From positions 4,588,001 through 4,652,000 of the forward strand of contig JBHGNT010000008.1 in the NCBI GenBank assembly GCA_043228905.1: a stretch of 64,000 bases of DNA, given 5' to 3'. The notes below the pieces were generated by a model, which was given only the letters and a program-made list of their open reading frames with translations, was not told the DNA's origin and ran no database searches. Of this stretch, positions 35,920-49,916 are shown one piece after another (position 1 is the first letter of the stretch; each line of letters opens with the position of its first letter). Origin of the DNA: Azolla caroliniana. Taxonomy: Eukaryota; Plantae; Polypodiophyta. The translations under genes and the position numbers were made by a program.

Positions 35920-37700
35920 TCCATTAATACTCGAAGGATGACAAGGTGACCAATGGTGCTATGGTGTTTTTGACAACCAACTTATTCATAAGCTCTCTTA
36001 CCATTTGTTTAGACCATGCAGTTACTTTTGATTCCATTATACATCCTAATAGTTTTGTCATTAGCGAGCTAACCATTATGGTTTGATAGTTGTTTGCATT
36101 ATTTACATCTCCATCTTTATGTAAAGGATTGATCCACTTTGTAGTCCAATTATACGGCATACCATGTTGCAATGCATCATTAAACATATCTCTTATCCAT
36201 ACATGTGCTTCCTTTCCCGTCCATTTGAGCATTTCAGCCTTTATACATTGAAGATCGCTTGCCTTTCGAGAGGCCAATTTCTTAATAAGCCTTATGTATA
36301 TATCGTCAACTGTAAAGAAGGGAGACATATGTGAAAGAGAACCATAACACGTCATCTTTCCAATAAGAGATAGCTCATATAAATTCTTATAATGCATAGA
36401 CAAGTCAAGAAAAGTTAAGTAACCATAACTCTCAACACGTTTCCCCATTAGATTTCCCCAAATTTTAGTCTTGCAAACTTAGAGAAATTGTTGAGTAACT
36501 TCCCATATTCATATATTTCTTTGAATAAGACGTGTACCCATGCAAATGCTTTAGGTAATTTTCTGTATCGTTGACTACATCCAAAATCATAAGGCACTTT
36601 CAAGCTTCATGGCATTCTTTATCAAACCATTTTTTTCTTTGAACTACATTTCTTGGTGCATTTCCAAGATGTGTGCTTAGTTGAAAAACATTTGTTTGTG
36701 CATCAGAGAAATAACTTTCTTAAAAGCTTCCCATTTGCATTCTAGTGTAGCACCATGTTGAACCTTTATCATTTGTAACATATCCTCAACATCTTGGAAT
36801 ACATGGGCGTTCGCTGAAGGTTTATGCTCAATTGTGATCGTTTATTATGTTTAATGACTTTCTCACAATCGAACCTATGCATACATTTGAGGTCAATACA
36901 TAAAGTCCTATGATCAGATTCCAGTGTCCATTCACCAAGTGAGAATTTATGTATACGATCCAAAATACCTTTGGAAGTAGCACAATCAATCACACTATTT
37001 CCATTGTGTTTTCTACATGTAAAACCATTAGTGTTGGACCATAAGGATACACCGTTTGCAATTAATCAATCAGATACTATTGCACATTTGTAGAAGTAAC
37101 TTCCCAAGTTGTTTTGGATCTTTTTCATCGCTTGAAGAGCGGTTATACATTTGTATATCCTCTTGCATCGAGATATGTGGCATGAAAGATTGTTGTGCAT
37201 TAAGTTGGAAACTTCTTGTACGGGCATTCATATCACCAAAGACAATAACTTCCCTTTTGGATTGGAAATAAATAATATCATCTTCTTGATTGGCACAAAG
37301 TTGATTTTATCCAAACATGCATAAAAGATAGAATCCTAATGAGGAATGTAACATCCAACTACAAAAGTGGGCAAATTATTAGGTGTTTTAATTTTGAGCC
37401 ATATGTAGCACTTATGTTCAACACATATTTCTTTATTTCCTTCTTCAATCAAACAAGCCACCCCTCCTTGTCCCCTTTGTTGTCTTCAATTTTTCGCCCA
37501 TATCAAAGAGTGTACATTATAGTTTCCTAAACCTTGAATCCTTTAAGTATCATGCTCCCATATTTCAGTAAGAAGTGTGATATCCGAGTCATCGGTGAAC
37601 TCTATGCCAAATCTCGCATTCTATGGGTATCCATTGCAATTCCAAAAGCATAATCGTAGAAGAGGTGGATTAGTCTCATAGGTCACGTGTTCTTATTTGT
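35920..37700 (-). mobile_element. Degenerate LINE (APE plus RT N-terminus), RTE-X-like
   Basis: APE start RLCFWNCNG, APE end SDHRTL, and RT INPLHKDGDVNNANNYQTI. Confidence 0.7.
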
Positions 37701-38813
37701 CTACATTTCGGTCTTTAGGCATATTGGTAACCTTTTTTTTCAATTTTTCTTCATATGCTTTACGAAGAACATTTTGTTGTGAGATAGTATCATGATCTTC
37801 ACTCACAATTGCTTATCTCTAAGGTATACCCAACTATTTTTGACTATGATCCTTTGATTTGTATCATCCGTCACTATGCATACAATATGTTAGAAATATT
37901 GAGAATCGATTAGATAAGTATATAGAGTTACAGCCACAGATATGGATATATGAAAACAAAATTTCTATTACATATGAGAGTCGCTCACGATGGTAGTTCA
38001 CTTGTGCGCTCACACCTTAGAGCTTAGATGGGATTTGGACCAGCTCACTACAAAATTAGTGGGGACTGATAATCGATCCAATCACTGTGAAAGAAGGTGG
38101 ATTATATTCTATGTTTAGCTTGAGTATAACATTAAATGTGCAAGTCAATTGATAGTGGTGGAGATATTCCTTTTCTGTCAACTGAGTTGTCATTTAATAT
38201 GACCCAACTTCCTAGATACAAGCTAATGCTAGATAGTACTTATCTTGAAGTCAATGGCACATACTTCAAGACTAAGTACATCTTAACTTGCCCACAAAAT
38301 ATTCTAGTTAACTTGATTAGCCAATCCTATTAGCCTACTTCGCTCTTTCCTAAATACATTGTGTCCTACGCATCTATGATTTCCTAGATTGACACCTTAT
38401 CGACCATATGGTCAAGTTGCACACTAGTTGCTCCTCATTTGGGGCGCTATCACAAAATGTGCACTTAGAGCACATACGGGGATAGATTTACAACTTGGGG
38501 CTGATCATTGATTATATCTAACACGCCCCCTCAATGGTCAACCCATTGAGTTCACTTGGAATTGGGCCAACTCCTAATCGTCGAAGGTGTTGTTGTAGTT
38601 GTTCTGCTCCAAGCGCATTTGTGAAGATATCTGCAATGTTTTCTAATGTCAGACAATAAAGCTCCAAAGTCTCATCATTTATTAGCTCTCGCACATAACG
38701 ATACTAAAACTCTATGTGTTTAGTACGTGCATGAAATATGGGGTTCTTGGCACTAGCCATGCAACTCTTATTGTCACACCTCAATACCGTTGTCCTTCTT
38801 AGAACTGCCACAT

Positions 38814-39237
38814 CCATAAGGATTCTTCTTAGCCAAACTACCTCGCATGCCACTATGCATGTTGCTTTGTATTCTGCCTCCGTTGAAGATAGTGCCACTA
38901 CTGGTTGTTTTTAATTACTCCATAAGGATTCTTCTTAGCCAAACTACCTCGCATGCCACTATGCATGTTGCTTTGTATTCTACCTCCGTTGAAGATAGTG
39001 CCACTGCTGGTTGTTTTTAATTACTCCATAAGGATTCTTCTTAGCCAAACTACCTCGCATGCCGCTATGCATGTTGCTTTGTATTCTGCCTCCGTTGAAG
39101 ATAGTGCCACTGCTGGTTGTTTTTAATTACTCCATAAGGATTCTTCTTAGCCAAACTACCTCGCATGCCGCTATGCATGTTGCTTTGTATTCTACCTCTG
39201 TTGAAGTTAGTGCCACTGCTAGTTGTTTTTAATTACT
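38814..39237. repeat. 106-bp tandem quadruplication inside Copia RNase H
   Basis: ccataaggattcttcttagcc... starts at 38814, 38920, 39026 and 39132. Confidence 0.92.
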
Positions 39238-41082
39238 CCATGAAATAGCTCCAAAGCCTATTGAAAAACAATATCCAGAAACTGATTTTCTGGAATCACT
39301 ATCTCCAGCCCAATCGAAGTCGCAATACCCACTAAGTTCGTCAAATTTTGGCTTGTAGAAGATTCCATAATTTAAAGTACGCACAATGTACTTTAATACA
39401 TGTAGTGCAGATTTCCAATGAGTCTCCTTTAGCTTGTTGCTGAATCGACTCACCACACTAACTGCAAAACAAATATCCGGCCTAGTGTTGCATAGGAAAA
39501 TTAGACTTCCTACTAGTTGACTATACTTTCTTATGTCAACCATTGGTGACGGGTCTTCTTGGGATAGCTTGCAATTTGACTCCATTGGAGTCGACTTCGA
39601 CTTGTTGTCCATCATCCTGAAGGTCTTCAAGATCTTTGTTGCATACTTTCTTTGTGACATGAAGATGTCAACCGAGGTTTGCCAAACCTCAATTCCAAGG
39701 AAGTAGTGTAGAATCCCCAAGTCTGTCATTTCAAACTCAGTTTTCAAACACTCCTGTGTTTGGCCAATACACTCTTCATGGTCACCAGTAAGTAACAGAT
39801 CATCCATGTAAATGATGATGATGACTTGTTTCCCATCCTTCATTTTGACATACATACTTGCATCCAAAGCACATTGCTTAAAGTCGATTGATTGTAAGAA
39901 GTTGTTAGTATCCTCTTGTTCCAAGCTCTTGGTGCTTGCTTTAGACCATACAATGCCTTCTTCAGCTTGTACACTTTGTTTTATGAATTTGGCATCTCAA
40001 ACCTTGGTGGTTGTGTCACGTATACCTCCTCCTTGAGATGCCCATTCAGAAATAGTGATTTGACATCCATTTGATAAAGTGGTCATCCTCTTGAAGCAGC
40101 CAACGCTATGACCATTCGAATTGTTGTCATGCAAGTTGTCAGGGGAGATGTTTCTTGTACATCGAACCCTTTAATTTGGGAGTATCCTTGTGTTACTAGC
40201 TTGGCCTTGAATTTCTTAAAACAACCATCAGCTTTATACTTTACTTTACTCACCCACCTGGTGCCTATCAACTTCTTCTTTGTTGGCCTCACTACCAACT
40301 CCCACGTGTCATTTTTCATGATGTTATGGTATTCTAATATCATCACCTCTTTCCACTTCAGGTCGGCCATGGCTTCCTCCACCGAGGTCGGTTGACTCAC
40401 TAAGCCTATGATGTGCACCATTAGAGCCATGTTGACAATGTGGTGAAAGGTTCTCCCTTGCTCATGTATTCTTCTTGATCTTTGTAATCCATTAGTTGAA
40501 GTTTCAGGAAACTCAACTTTTGGAGTACGGTCATTGAAGAGTTGTTGAGCCCACTTAGGTATTTTCGTTATTACATGTGGTGTTGAGAATCGACGCTCCG
40601 ATTCACCTTCTTCTCTCGGCCACAACCGAGGAAACACACGAATCGTTGTTGCAGAAAATGGGAAATACATAGAAAGACACGATAACACAGGGATTAACGT
40701 GGAAAACCCTGTACGGGAAAAACCACAGGAGTACAAGACTCCGAACCAAAACTATGCACAGAGAAATATACAATGGCGAGCTGCAAGGCGACGACCTTGA
40801 GCTCGTTGTCCTCGCCACAGGCGGCGGTATTACACAGAGGCGTCGACCTCTTCCTCTCTCACGCTCTATCTCTCTCACGGCTGCTCTCTCTTCACTCCTC
40901 TAGAGTGGAAAAACAGAAAAATGAGTAGCAACATAAAACTGTTTGCCCTAAGTCATATTTATACACATATGACTTTCGGACTATTTACACATATAGCCTA
41001 AAGGGCCCTTGGCAAACATATTCACAAATATGTCCCCGCATCCGGATCTTGCTCCGGGTACATTCATCATCCGGCTCCGTAG

Positions 41083-41195
41083 CCGGGGTCTTCATCATCC
41101 GGCTCCGTAGCCGGGGTCTTCATCATCCGGCTCCGTAACCGGGGTCTTCATCATCCGGCTCCGTAACCGGGGTCTTCATCATCCGGGTCTTCATT
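41083..41195. repeat. 28-bp tandem repeats within the LTR (also at about 45847-45980)
   Basis: ttcatcatccggctccgtarccggggtc occurs about 4.5 times in each LTR. Confidence 0.85.
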
Positions 41196-41257
41196 CCTGA
41201 TTCCCGGACATCCGACCATCCCATCCGGAGGGACCGTAATCCCAACAAACTCCCCCT

Positions 41258-44200
41258 TCACTTCGGCATGGGATGTCTTTCCAGTCCGACCCTCTTCCGG
41301 CACGCTTCCAGCTTGTCGGGTGTGAGCACTTTGGTCAGCATGTCTGACCCGTTCTCGTCCGTGTGAATCTTCGTCAGCACGAACTCCTGGTCTTCTATCC
41401 TTTCCCGGATCCAGTGATATCTTCGCTGGATGTGCTTCGTCCGGGAGTGATAGGCCGCGTTCTTCGCAAGGTGGATGGCACTCTGACTGTCACAGTAGAG
41501 TCGGTACTCCTCCTGCCGGATACCGAGCTCTCTAATGAAGTCCTTCATCCATATCATTTCCTTGCCGGCTTCAACAGCCGCCATGTACTCCGCCTCCGTG
41601 GTTGACAACGCAACCATCTTCTGCAGCCTCGACTGCCACGAGACAGCTCCCCCTGCATACGTCATCACATACCCTGATGTGGACCGGCTGGTATCTGCAT
41701 CAGCCGACATATCCGAATCGGTAAAGCCGTCGAGTTCGGGCTTACCGGAGCCGAATCGGAGGCACACGTTTGCCGTGCCCTTTAGGTATCGGAGTATCCA
41801 CTTGACCGCGTTCCAGTGCTCTTTGCCGGGATTGCTCATGTACCGGCTCACCACTCCGACTGCATATCCTATGTCCGGTCTTGTACACACCATTGCGTAC
41901 ATCAAGCTTCCGATGGCAGAGGCATATGGTACTTTCATCATGTCCTCCTTCTCAGCCTTTCTCTTGGGGCTTTGCTTGCTGGACAACTTGCAGTTTGCCG
42001 GGAGAGTTGATCCGACCGGTCTTGCTTCCAACATGTTGAACCGATGAAGCACCTTTGTCACGTACTTCTCCTGTGACAGCCACAATTGCTTCTTCTTCCG
42101 GTCCCGGATGATGTGCATCCCTAGTATTTGCCTCGCCGGACCCAGGTCTTTCATTGAGAAGGTTCGGTGAAGAGCCTTCTTCAGCATCTGTATCTTGACC
42201 TGGTCTCGTCCGACGATCAACATGTCGTCCACGTACAGGAGGAGTATTAGAAAGTCTCCTCCTTCGAACTTTTTCACAAACACGCAGTGATCGGACTGCG
42301 TTTTGTGGTACCCTTCGTCTGTCATGAAGGAGTCGAACTTCCGGTACCATTGCCGGGGAGCCTGCTTCAGACCGTAACTTGGCTCTTCTTCAACCGGCAT
42401 ACCAGGTGCTCCTTCCCTTTCTTCTCGAATCCTTCCGGTTGCTGCATGTAGATCTCTTCTTCGAGGTCACCGTGAAGGAATGCCGTCTTCACGTCCATCT
42501 GTTCTACCTCGAGGTCCATGCTTGCCGCTATGCTCAGCACCGTCCGGATGGAGGTCATCTTCACTACCGGGGCAAATATCTCGTCGAAGTCGACGCCCTT
42601 CTTCTGCTGAAATCCCTTCACCACGATCCTGGCTTTGTATCTCGGGGGGTTTCCGGCATCTCCCGGTTTCAGCTTGAACACCCACTTGTTACGGAGTGCC
42701 CGTTTTCCTTTCGGCAACTCCACAAGTTCATATGTGTGGTTCTCATGCAGGGAATCCATCTCCTCCTGCATGGCACTTAACCACCTGCGGCTATGGGTGT
42801 CAAGCTTTGCTTCTTCAAAGCTCTCCGGCTCCCCCTCGTCGGTTAGCAGCACGTGCTCTGGTTCCGGAAATCTCCGGGGGGGCCTTCTCTCTCTTAGAGG
42901 ATATCTCCGTTCCGGAGCTTCGGTAACCGGTTCTTCCGATTCTTCTTCATCCGAATCCATTTCGGGATCGGGGCCGGTTCCGGTATCATTTTCATCTTCT
43001 TCGGCCGGTTCTGTTTCTTCACCGTCTTCGGCCGGATCTTCGAGTGTTAACCGGTCCCTTGCCGGTCGGGACTGCTCTTCGTAGAGTCGATCCTCACCGG
43101 TCGACTTGGAGCTCTTCATCTTCTTCTCCGACTCCCAGTCGGCGAGTGTCTTGTCCTCCATGAAGATGATATCTCGACTCCTGAATATCTTCTTGTCGAC
43201 CGGGTCCCATACTCGGTAGCCAAACTCGTCGTTGCCGTAACCGAGGAATATGCATGGCCGGGTCTTTGGATCTAGCTTTCCTCTCCGGTCCTTTGCCACA
43301 TGCACATATACGAGACACCCGAACACCTTCAGATGCCGGTAGGACACTTCCTTACCGGTCCACACTCTCTGTGGCGTGTCTCCGTCCAAAGGTACTGAGG
43401 GTGATCTGTTTATCACGTATGTCGCCGTCGACATTGCCTCAGCCCAAAACCCCTTGGGTAATTTCGCATGCGCCAGCATACTCCGGACCCTCTCCATTAT
43501 GGTCCGGTTCATCCTCTCGGCCAGCCCGTTCAGTTCCGGCGTCTTCGGCACAGTAAACTCGAGCCGGATTCCCTTCGAGCGACAGTACTCCGCGAACTGC
43601 CCCCGGTATTCCCCTCCGTTATCCGCTCGTATCGCTTTCAGCTTCTTGCCGGATTCCCTTTCTACTCTCGCGTGGAGTTCTTTGAAGACGGACAAAACTT
43701 GTTCCTTTGTCTTCAACGGTGCCGTCCACAGCTTCCGACTGTGGTCATCAATGAATGTCACGAAGTACTGGGCTCCGCCATGTGACTTCGTTTCTACTTG
43801 ACACACGCCAGTGTGCACCAACTCCAATGGTGCACTACGTCTCGTCGGTGGCCTTGAGTGGAAGGAGGCTCGGTTCTGCTTACCGGCCAGGCAGTCGGTG
43901 CACTTCTCCAGGTGCACATGCTTCACTGGAATGAGGTTGTCTTCTGCAAGCCTCTTCATCCCCTTCTCACTCATGTGGCACAGTCTCTTGTGCCACAGCT
44001 CACCGGCAGTGTCAACTGCCACGTTCAGCTCCTCCGGACATAGCCGGGAATTCATCAGGTACAGTGTGTTGATCTTCCGGGCCCGAGCTACTATCAGGCT
44101 CCCTTTGCTGAACTTCATGACACCGTTCCGGATGCTACCCGTGTAGCCTTCATCGTCTAGCCTCCCGGCCAAAATCAGGTTCAATCGAACCTCCGGAACG

Positions 44201-45332
44201 TGTCGGACATCCTTCAGCAGCATCTTGCATCCGGTTGATGTCATCAGCCACACGTCTCCTATGCCGGCAATCCGGCATGTACCTTCATTTCCCATCCGAA
44301 CACAGCCATGCTCACCGGCTGTGTAGGATGAGAAGTATCTTCTTTCCGGGGTCAGGTGGAATGATGCTCCGGAATCGACCACCCAGGTCGTCTCATCGCC
44401 GGCAATGTTTAGTTCACCTTCTTCGGTGATGAGCATTATCTCTTCTTCACTTGCCGCGAGTGCCGTCGTTCCTTTCCGGTCCTGCCCTCGCCGATCCGGA
44501 CCTCTCCGGTCCGTGGCTCCTCGGTATGCACCGTTTCTCTCCGGTGACTTCTTCGAATCGGTGTCGTCGGCTCCGTTGTCCTTTCGGTAATGCCGACAAT
44601 TCTTCCGGAAGTGCCCCGGCTTCCCACAGTGGAAGCATGTGGGTCTTCCTCTTGACTGCGACCGGGTCCCCGACTTCTCCCGTCTTTGCGGACTCCGGTT
44701 CCATTGTCTTCCCCGTTCCGATTCGGTAAGCAGCGCCTTCGAGTCGGAGGCCGGTTCTTTATCTCTCCGACGCGCTTCTTCGTTCAAGATACTTGTCTTT
44801 ACCGTTTGTAGGGACAAGTTATCTTCGGTGCAGGAGGTGCTGAGAGTCACCACCAAGTTCTCCCAACTTTCCGGCAATGTACACATCAGAATGATGGCTT
44901 GCATTGCATCCTCCAGCGGGAACTTGATCGCCGCAAGCTGGTTCACGAATCCCATGAACGTGCTTACGTGTTCCACCATACTCTCGCCGTCCCGGTACTT
45001 GAGGTTCACTATCTTCCTCATCAGGGAGGTCCGGTTCAACGCATTCTTCCTCTCGTAGAGGCCCGACAGCTTCCGCCACATCTCATATGCGTTGATGTCG
45101 TTCGCCACATGTTGTAGAACGCTCACGTCGACGTATTGCCGAATGGTTGCAACGGCTTTCCGGTTCAGAAGCCTCCATTCCGTCTCAAGTACCCCCTTGG
45201 GTATTTCCGACCTGTCAATCGGTTCGTACAGGTCCCGAACAATCAGAAGATCCTCCATCTTGATCTTCCAGTCGGCGTAATTCTGCGCATTCAGCACCAT
45301 CATCCCCGGCTGCCCGCTGTCGCCGCCTTCCA
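41258..45332 (-). pseudogene. Copia gag-pol, complete except one frameshift near 42375
   Basis: ORFs 42367-45423 and 41258-42400 join at LKKS/YGLKQ. All domains are present (CCHC, DSGAS, IN, YVDD, RNase H). Confidence 0.93.
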
Positions 45333-48300
45333 TTTTCTGTGTTACCGTCGCTCTGATACCACTTTGTTGAGAATCGACGCTCCGATTCACCTTCTTCTCT
45401 CGGCCACAACCGAGGAAACACACGAATCGTTGTTGCAGAAAATGGGAAATACAGAGAAAGACACGATAACACAGGGATTAACGTGGAAAACCCTGTACGG
45501 GAAAAACCACGGGAGTACAAGACTCCGAACCAAAACTATGCACAGAGAAATATACAATGGCGAGCTGCAAGGCGACGACCTTGAGCTCGCTGTCCTCGCC
45601 ACAGGCGGCGGTATTACACAGAGGCGTCGACCTCTTCCTCTCTCACGCTCTATCTCTCTCACGGCTGCTCTCTCTTCACTCCTCTAGAGTGGAAAAACAG
45701 AAAAATGAGTAGCAACATAAAACTGTTTGCCCTAAGTCATATTTATACACATATGACTTTCGGACTATTTACACATATAGCCTAAAGGGCCCTTGGCAAA
45801 CATATTCACAAATATGTCCCCGCATCCGGATCTTGCTCCGGGTACATTCATCATCCGGCTCCGTAGCCGGGGTCTTCATCATCCGGCTCCGTAGCCGGGG
45901 TCTTCATCATCCGGCTCCGTAACCGGGGTCTTCATCATCCGGCTCCGTAACCGGGGTCTTCATCATCCGGGTCTTCATTCCTGATTCCCGGACATCCGAC
46001 CATCCCATCCGGAGGGACCGTAATCCCAACATGTGGCACTAGCATAGGCTGAACTAACGAGTCATTACCATCAGATGGTTCAACTTCCTTATTTGGACAG
46101 TGGGTTAGGATTGGGTGTAATAATTCTTCTGTTGATGAGATAACTTGAGAATCTCTCAACTAGTTGTGGTCGTTCCTCATTGAACACAACATTGCGGCTT
46201 GTCAATATCTTTCTTGCCTCTGGATCGTAGAGTGGATAGGCCTTTGACTCTTCACTATATCCGAGAAAGGTACACTTCTTGCTTTTAGCATCCAACTTCT
46301 TTCTGTTCACATCAGGAACATTTGTGTAGCATGTACACCTAAAGGTTCTGAAGTGCAGCACTAAAGGTTTCTTCCCAGTATAAGCTTCTTGGGGTGTTTT
46401 CCCTTGAAGTGCCTTCGTGTAGCTCCGATTGAGGATGTAAATTGTTGTGTTCACTGCTTCAGCCCAAAATGGGTTGGGCAAAATTTGTGCCTTCAACATA
46501 CACCTAGCCATCTCGACAACTGTTCGGTTTCAATGTTCGACAACGCCATTTTGTTGTGGAGTGTAGGCAGTTGTATGTTGGCACTTAATTCCATGCTCTT
46601 TGCAATACTCATAGAATTCTATTGATAAGAATTCTCCACCTTGATCAGAGCGTAACTCCTGCACTAACTTTCCGGACTCCCGCTCGACAAACTTATGCCA
46701 TCTTTTGAAGATTTTAAAAGCTTCAACCTTCTCCTGAAGAAAGTAAACCCACATCTTTCTACTGAAGTCGTCGACGACTAGCATATAGTAGAGAGATCCA
46801 CCCATTGTAGGAGTTGCCATTTTTCAAGAGAGGTCGATGTGTGTTAGTTGTAGAGGAGTCTTTCTCCGATTTTGACTCTCTTTTGGAATGGTTGATCTTT
46901 GATGCTTGCCCATCATACAAGCATCACAAACATGACTTAAGTCAGATAGGGTTGGCAACCCAACTACCATATTCGACTTCTTCATCTCCTTCAACACAGC
47001 AACATTGAGATGCCCAAATCTCTTATGTCATTGCTTTGTGTTAGTACTTATGTTGTGTTCAGTAGAAATTGTAAACACGCTTAGCTCATAGAGAGTGTTG
47101 CGCCCCCTATTCCTACAACCTTGCCAGCAGAATCTGTTATTTGTACACCCGACTTCTTGAATTGAACATCAAGACCCTTGTCGGTCAGTGCAGAAATGGA
47201 CAATAGATTCATCTTGAGATCAGGCACGTACAACACTTGAGAGAGATGCTTTGTCCCGTCGGTCATTGTTTTGAGGGAGACAGTTCCGGTTCCTTTGGCT
47301 AGAAATCGAGCATTGTTCCCAACCACAACATTGATGGGCTCTTGTAGAGGTGTCCAAGAGTTGTACCAGTCACGATTATTGGTCATATGTCGAGATGTTC
47401 CACTATCAAGAATCCAAGAGTCATCGACAACTTGAATGTCAACTGAAGAACACACTTCTTCAGTTGCGAGTCATAACTCAAGCTCATCTATGACATTGTT
47501 GGCGGACTCAAGCTCTCTCTAAGAAGTCTTACTAGAACCAATCTTCTCATCCGCCATCTTCTTCTGACAATCCTTAATTGTGTGACCCTTCTTGTCACAG
47601 TAGAAACACGATCCATTGAACTTCTTCTTCTTTGGTATCCTATTCGCATTGTTTAAATTGGATGCCCCTTTACCCTTATTCCTAGAGACAAATGTCGAAT
47701 TTTCCCTTCCTTCTCTTGTCTTCAGCTGAAGCTCCTCTTCAAGTAGCATTGCACTTAGTTCATCAAATTTTAAAGGAGTGGGTCGAACCTAAGTGTTCAA
47801 TGTTGTCACAATGCCATCATACTTGGAAGGAAGGTACTCGAATGCGCCGATGAGCCATATCCTCTGGAGAGACGACTACTCCAACAACAGTCAGCTGATC
47901 TTGAAGATCCTGAATCCTTTTTACAAAGGATTCTACTTTCTCTCCATCAACGAGCTTCTCTACAGCAAGCTGATTTTCGAGGTTTTGTATCCTTGTATAG
48001 TTTCTAATCTCATACTCGTTGGCCAATATGCTCCAAGCTTCATGTGCCCCGGTTGTATGTTGCACTAATCTTAGTACAGAGTCACATACACTAGTGATTA
48101 TGGTAGACAACAAATCAGCATTCCTTCTCTTCTAGGCTCGAAGTAGATCAACATTTGGAGGGATTGATGTGGTAGGGTGTGCAAGGTCAAAGGTCACTAT
48201 GGACTCAAGGTCCCATGATTGTCTCCAACAACTCGTAGGAGTCAAAAATGGCAGACATTTTGAACTTCCATAGAGTGTAGTTGGGTACCATCTAGCTTTT

Positions 48301-48365
48301 CATTAGTCAATGGAGGTGGGCGAATGCGTAGTGGAGCAGTTGCAACATTCGTGGACAAGGACATT

Positions 48366-48411
<46 letters not shown>

Positions 48412-48503
48412 TTCTTTGTATTGCTAGACAGCAACTACCCGTATATACCTAATCTTGATCAACCTCTCAGCTCTGGTACCATGTCAAAAATATTGAGATT
48501 GAT

Positions 48504-49030
48504 GCTACGAGCCAAGGTATTTATTTGGAGAGTTATGGTTGGAGCTTTACCATTGGGGGATGCATTTCAAAAAACATAGTAGGCATCGATTTATTTCATG
48601 CCTGATGGCAAGGATGGTTTGGAGGTGTATCAGTTTAGTGTGGATGTCTTTAACCGGAGTAAGTCTATCTTCCTTTAGTTGGGTTTTGGCGCATATGGAG
48701 AACAATGAACCAACGCCTCATTTTCAAATTATTTTTGAGTTCTTGAGGTATTGGGGGCCATGGTTCAATTGGAATATGCAAAATGCCATCATTTTTTATT
48801 CGCAAGTTAGGGTGAGAAAATATGTTCTAAAGTTAAAAGGACTTCTTTTGTGGCAATTGACAGTGCTAGAGAAGTCACGAAATCTCAACCAAGAAGAGAG
48901 AGAACTCTGCAAGGTCACATATCATCATATTCGCCATTTGAATTGGTGTGTAGGGTGGCATTTAGTTTGGAGTCGTAGTAGTCTTTAGGTCCCTAGATAG
49001 AAGGGTTCTTTACTTTGTAGTAAGTTAGTC
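48504..49030 (+). mobile_element. L1-like LINE 3' fragment (zf-RVT region)
   Basis: Translates to RAKVFIWRVMVGALPLGD, HRFISCLMARMVW and WNMQN. Confidence 0.6.
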
Positions 49031-49065
49031 ATGGTGGTGTTTTATGAGAGAGAGAGAGAGAGAGA

Positions 49066-49291
49066 GCTCAATTGGTAAGGTTGCCTAATGGAGACCAAGA
49101 GGTCATGGGTTCAACCCCTACATTCCACAGTGGCATCTAGTGAATTAAAAGAGATATGTATGAAGTTAAAGAGACCTTAGATAGATGTAGCTCAGTTGGT
49201 AAAGTTGCCTAATGGAGACCAAGAAGGTCATGGGTTCAACCCCTACATTCCACAGTGGCATCTAATGAATTAAAAGAGATATGTATGAAGT
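49066..49291 (+). mobile_element. Two tandem tRNA-derived SINE-like units
   Basis: A box tagctcagttggt and B box gggttcaacccc in a duplicated unit of about 100 bp. No intact cloverleaf. Confidence 0.6.
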
Positions 49292-49448
49292 ATGTAATAG
49301 AGAGGTGAGATAAATGGGTTTTGAACCCAAGACATGATGCTTGTAGTGCAACAACTTAACATAAAAAATAAAAAGAGCACAAGATTCATTAAGGTAATGT
49401 ATTAAGCAAAATGAGATTACATTTGTACAAGAGACGGAGTTGGGTAAG

Positions 49449-49916
49449 TAACAATCAGCAACAGTTTGGTTTGGTTCAAGAGTGTCAAAACTGAACCGTT
49501 TAAATTTTTTGAAACTTGAACCAAAGCAAGCCGAACCACGAAATCATTTAAACCGAACCGTTAGAAAAAATCCAAACCGTTAAAACTGCAATTTTGTGGT
49601 TCGATTTTGGTTTTCAACTTAGGTCACAATTCAATTTTAAAATTTTTCATTATTTCAAAATTTTAAAGATTTCTCTTAAAATGTGAGAATTAGGCTTTAA
49701 AATAAAAGGTTTGTTTAAAAAAACTATTAAAAATATTTGAAAACCATTAAACACTTTAAATTGTTTAAACCGAACCAAATCGAATAGTTCACCCCCCAAA
49801 CCAAACCGAACCATTAAAAACAACTTGAACCTAAACCGAACCATTTGAACCGTTAAGTCATTAAGCCACAGTTTCACGGTTTGGTTCGATTCAAACCGAA
49901 CCTTTGCCGATTGTTA
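49449..49916. mobile_element. hAT-like MITE
   Basis: Imperfect TIRs taacaatcagcaacagtttggttt / aaaccgaacctttgccgattgtta. Many subterminal aaccgaa motifs. Degenerate 8-bp TSD (tgggtaag / ttggtgag). Confidence 0.6.

Larger units (their letters stand above)
40581..46031 (-). mobile_element. Young full-length Ty1/Copia (Tork/Tnt1-like) element, 5451 bp
   Basis: 667-bp LTRs at 40581-41247 and 45365-46031, with three mismatches seen. TSD TGTGG. Met-i PBS 45350-45361. PPT at about 41250-41258. Confidence 0.97.
37888..48503 (-). mobile_element. Old Ty1/Copia element hosting a nested Copia; 5' LTR truncated
   Basis: 3' LTR 37888-38523 with adjacent PPT. RNase H, RT (YMDD), IN, PR (WILDSG) and gag fragments. 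PBS gctctggtacca at 48470-48481 is followed by only about 22 bp matching the LTR. Confidence 0.88.

Noticed and set aside
41363-45687. Many plus-strand ORFs over the Copia and Gypsy internal regions
   Set aside because: They are antisense shadows of GC-rich gag-pol sequence with no independent motifs.
49066-49360. Functional tRNA genes (also about 9100-9162 and 59328-59390)
   Set aside because: A and B boxes are present but acceptor and anticodon stems cannot be formed. These look like SINE or tRNA relics.
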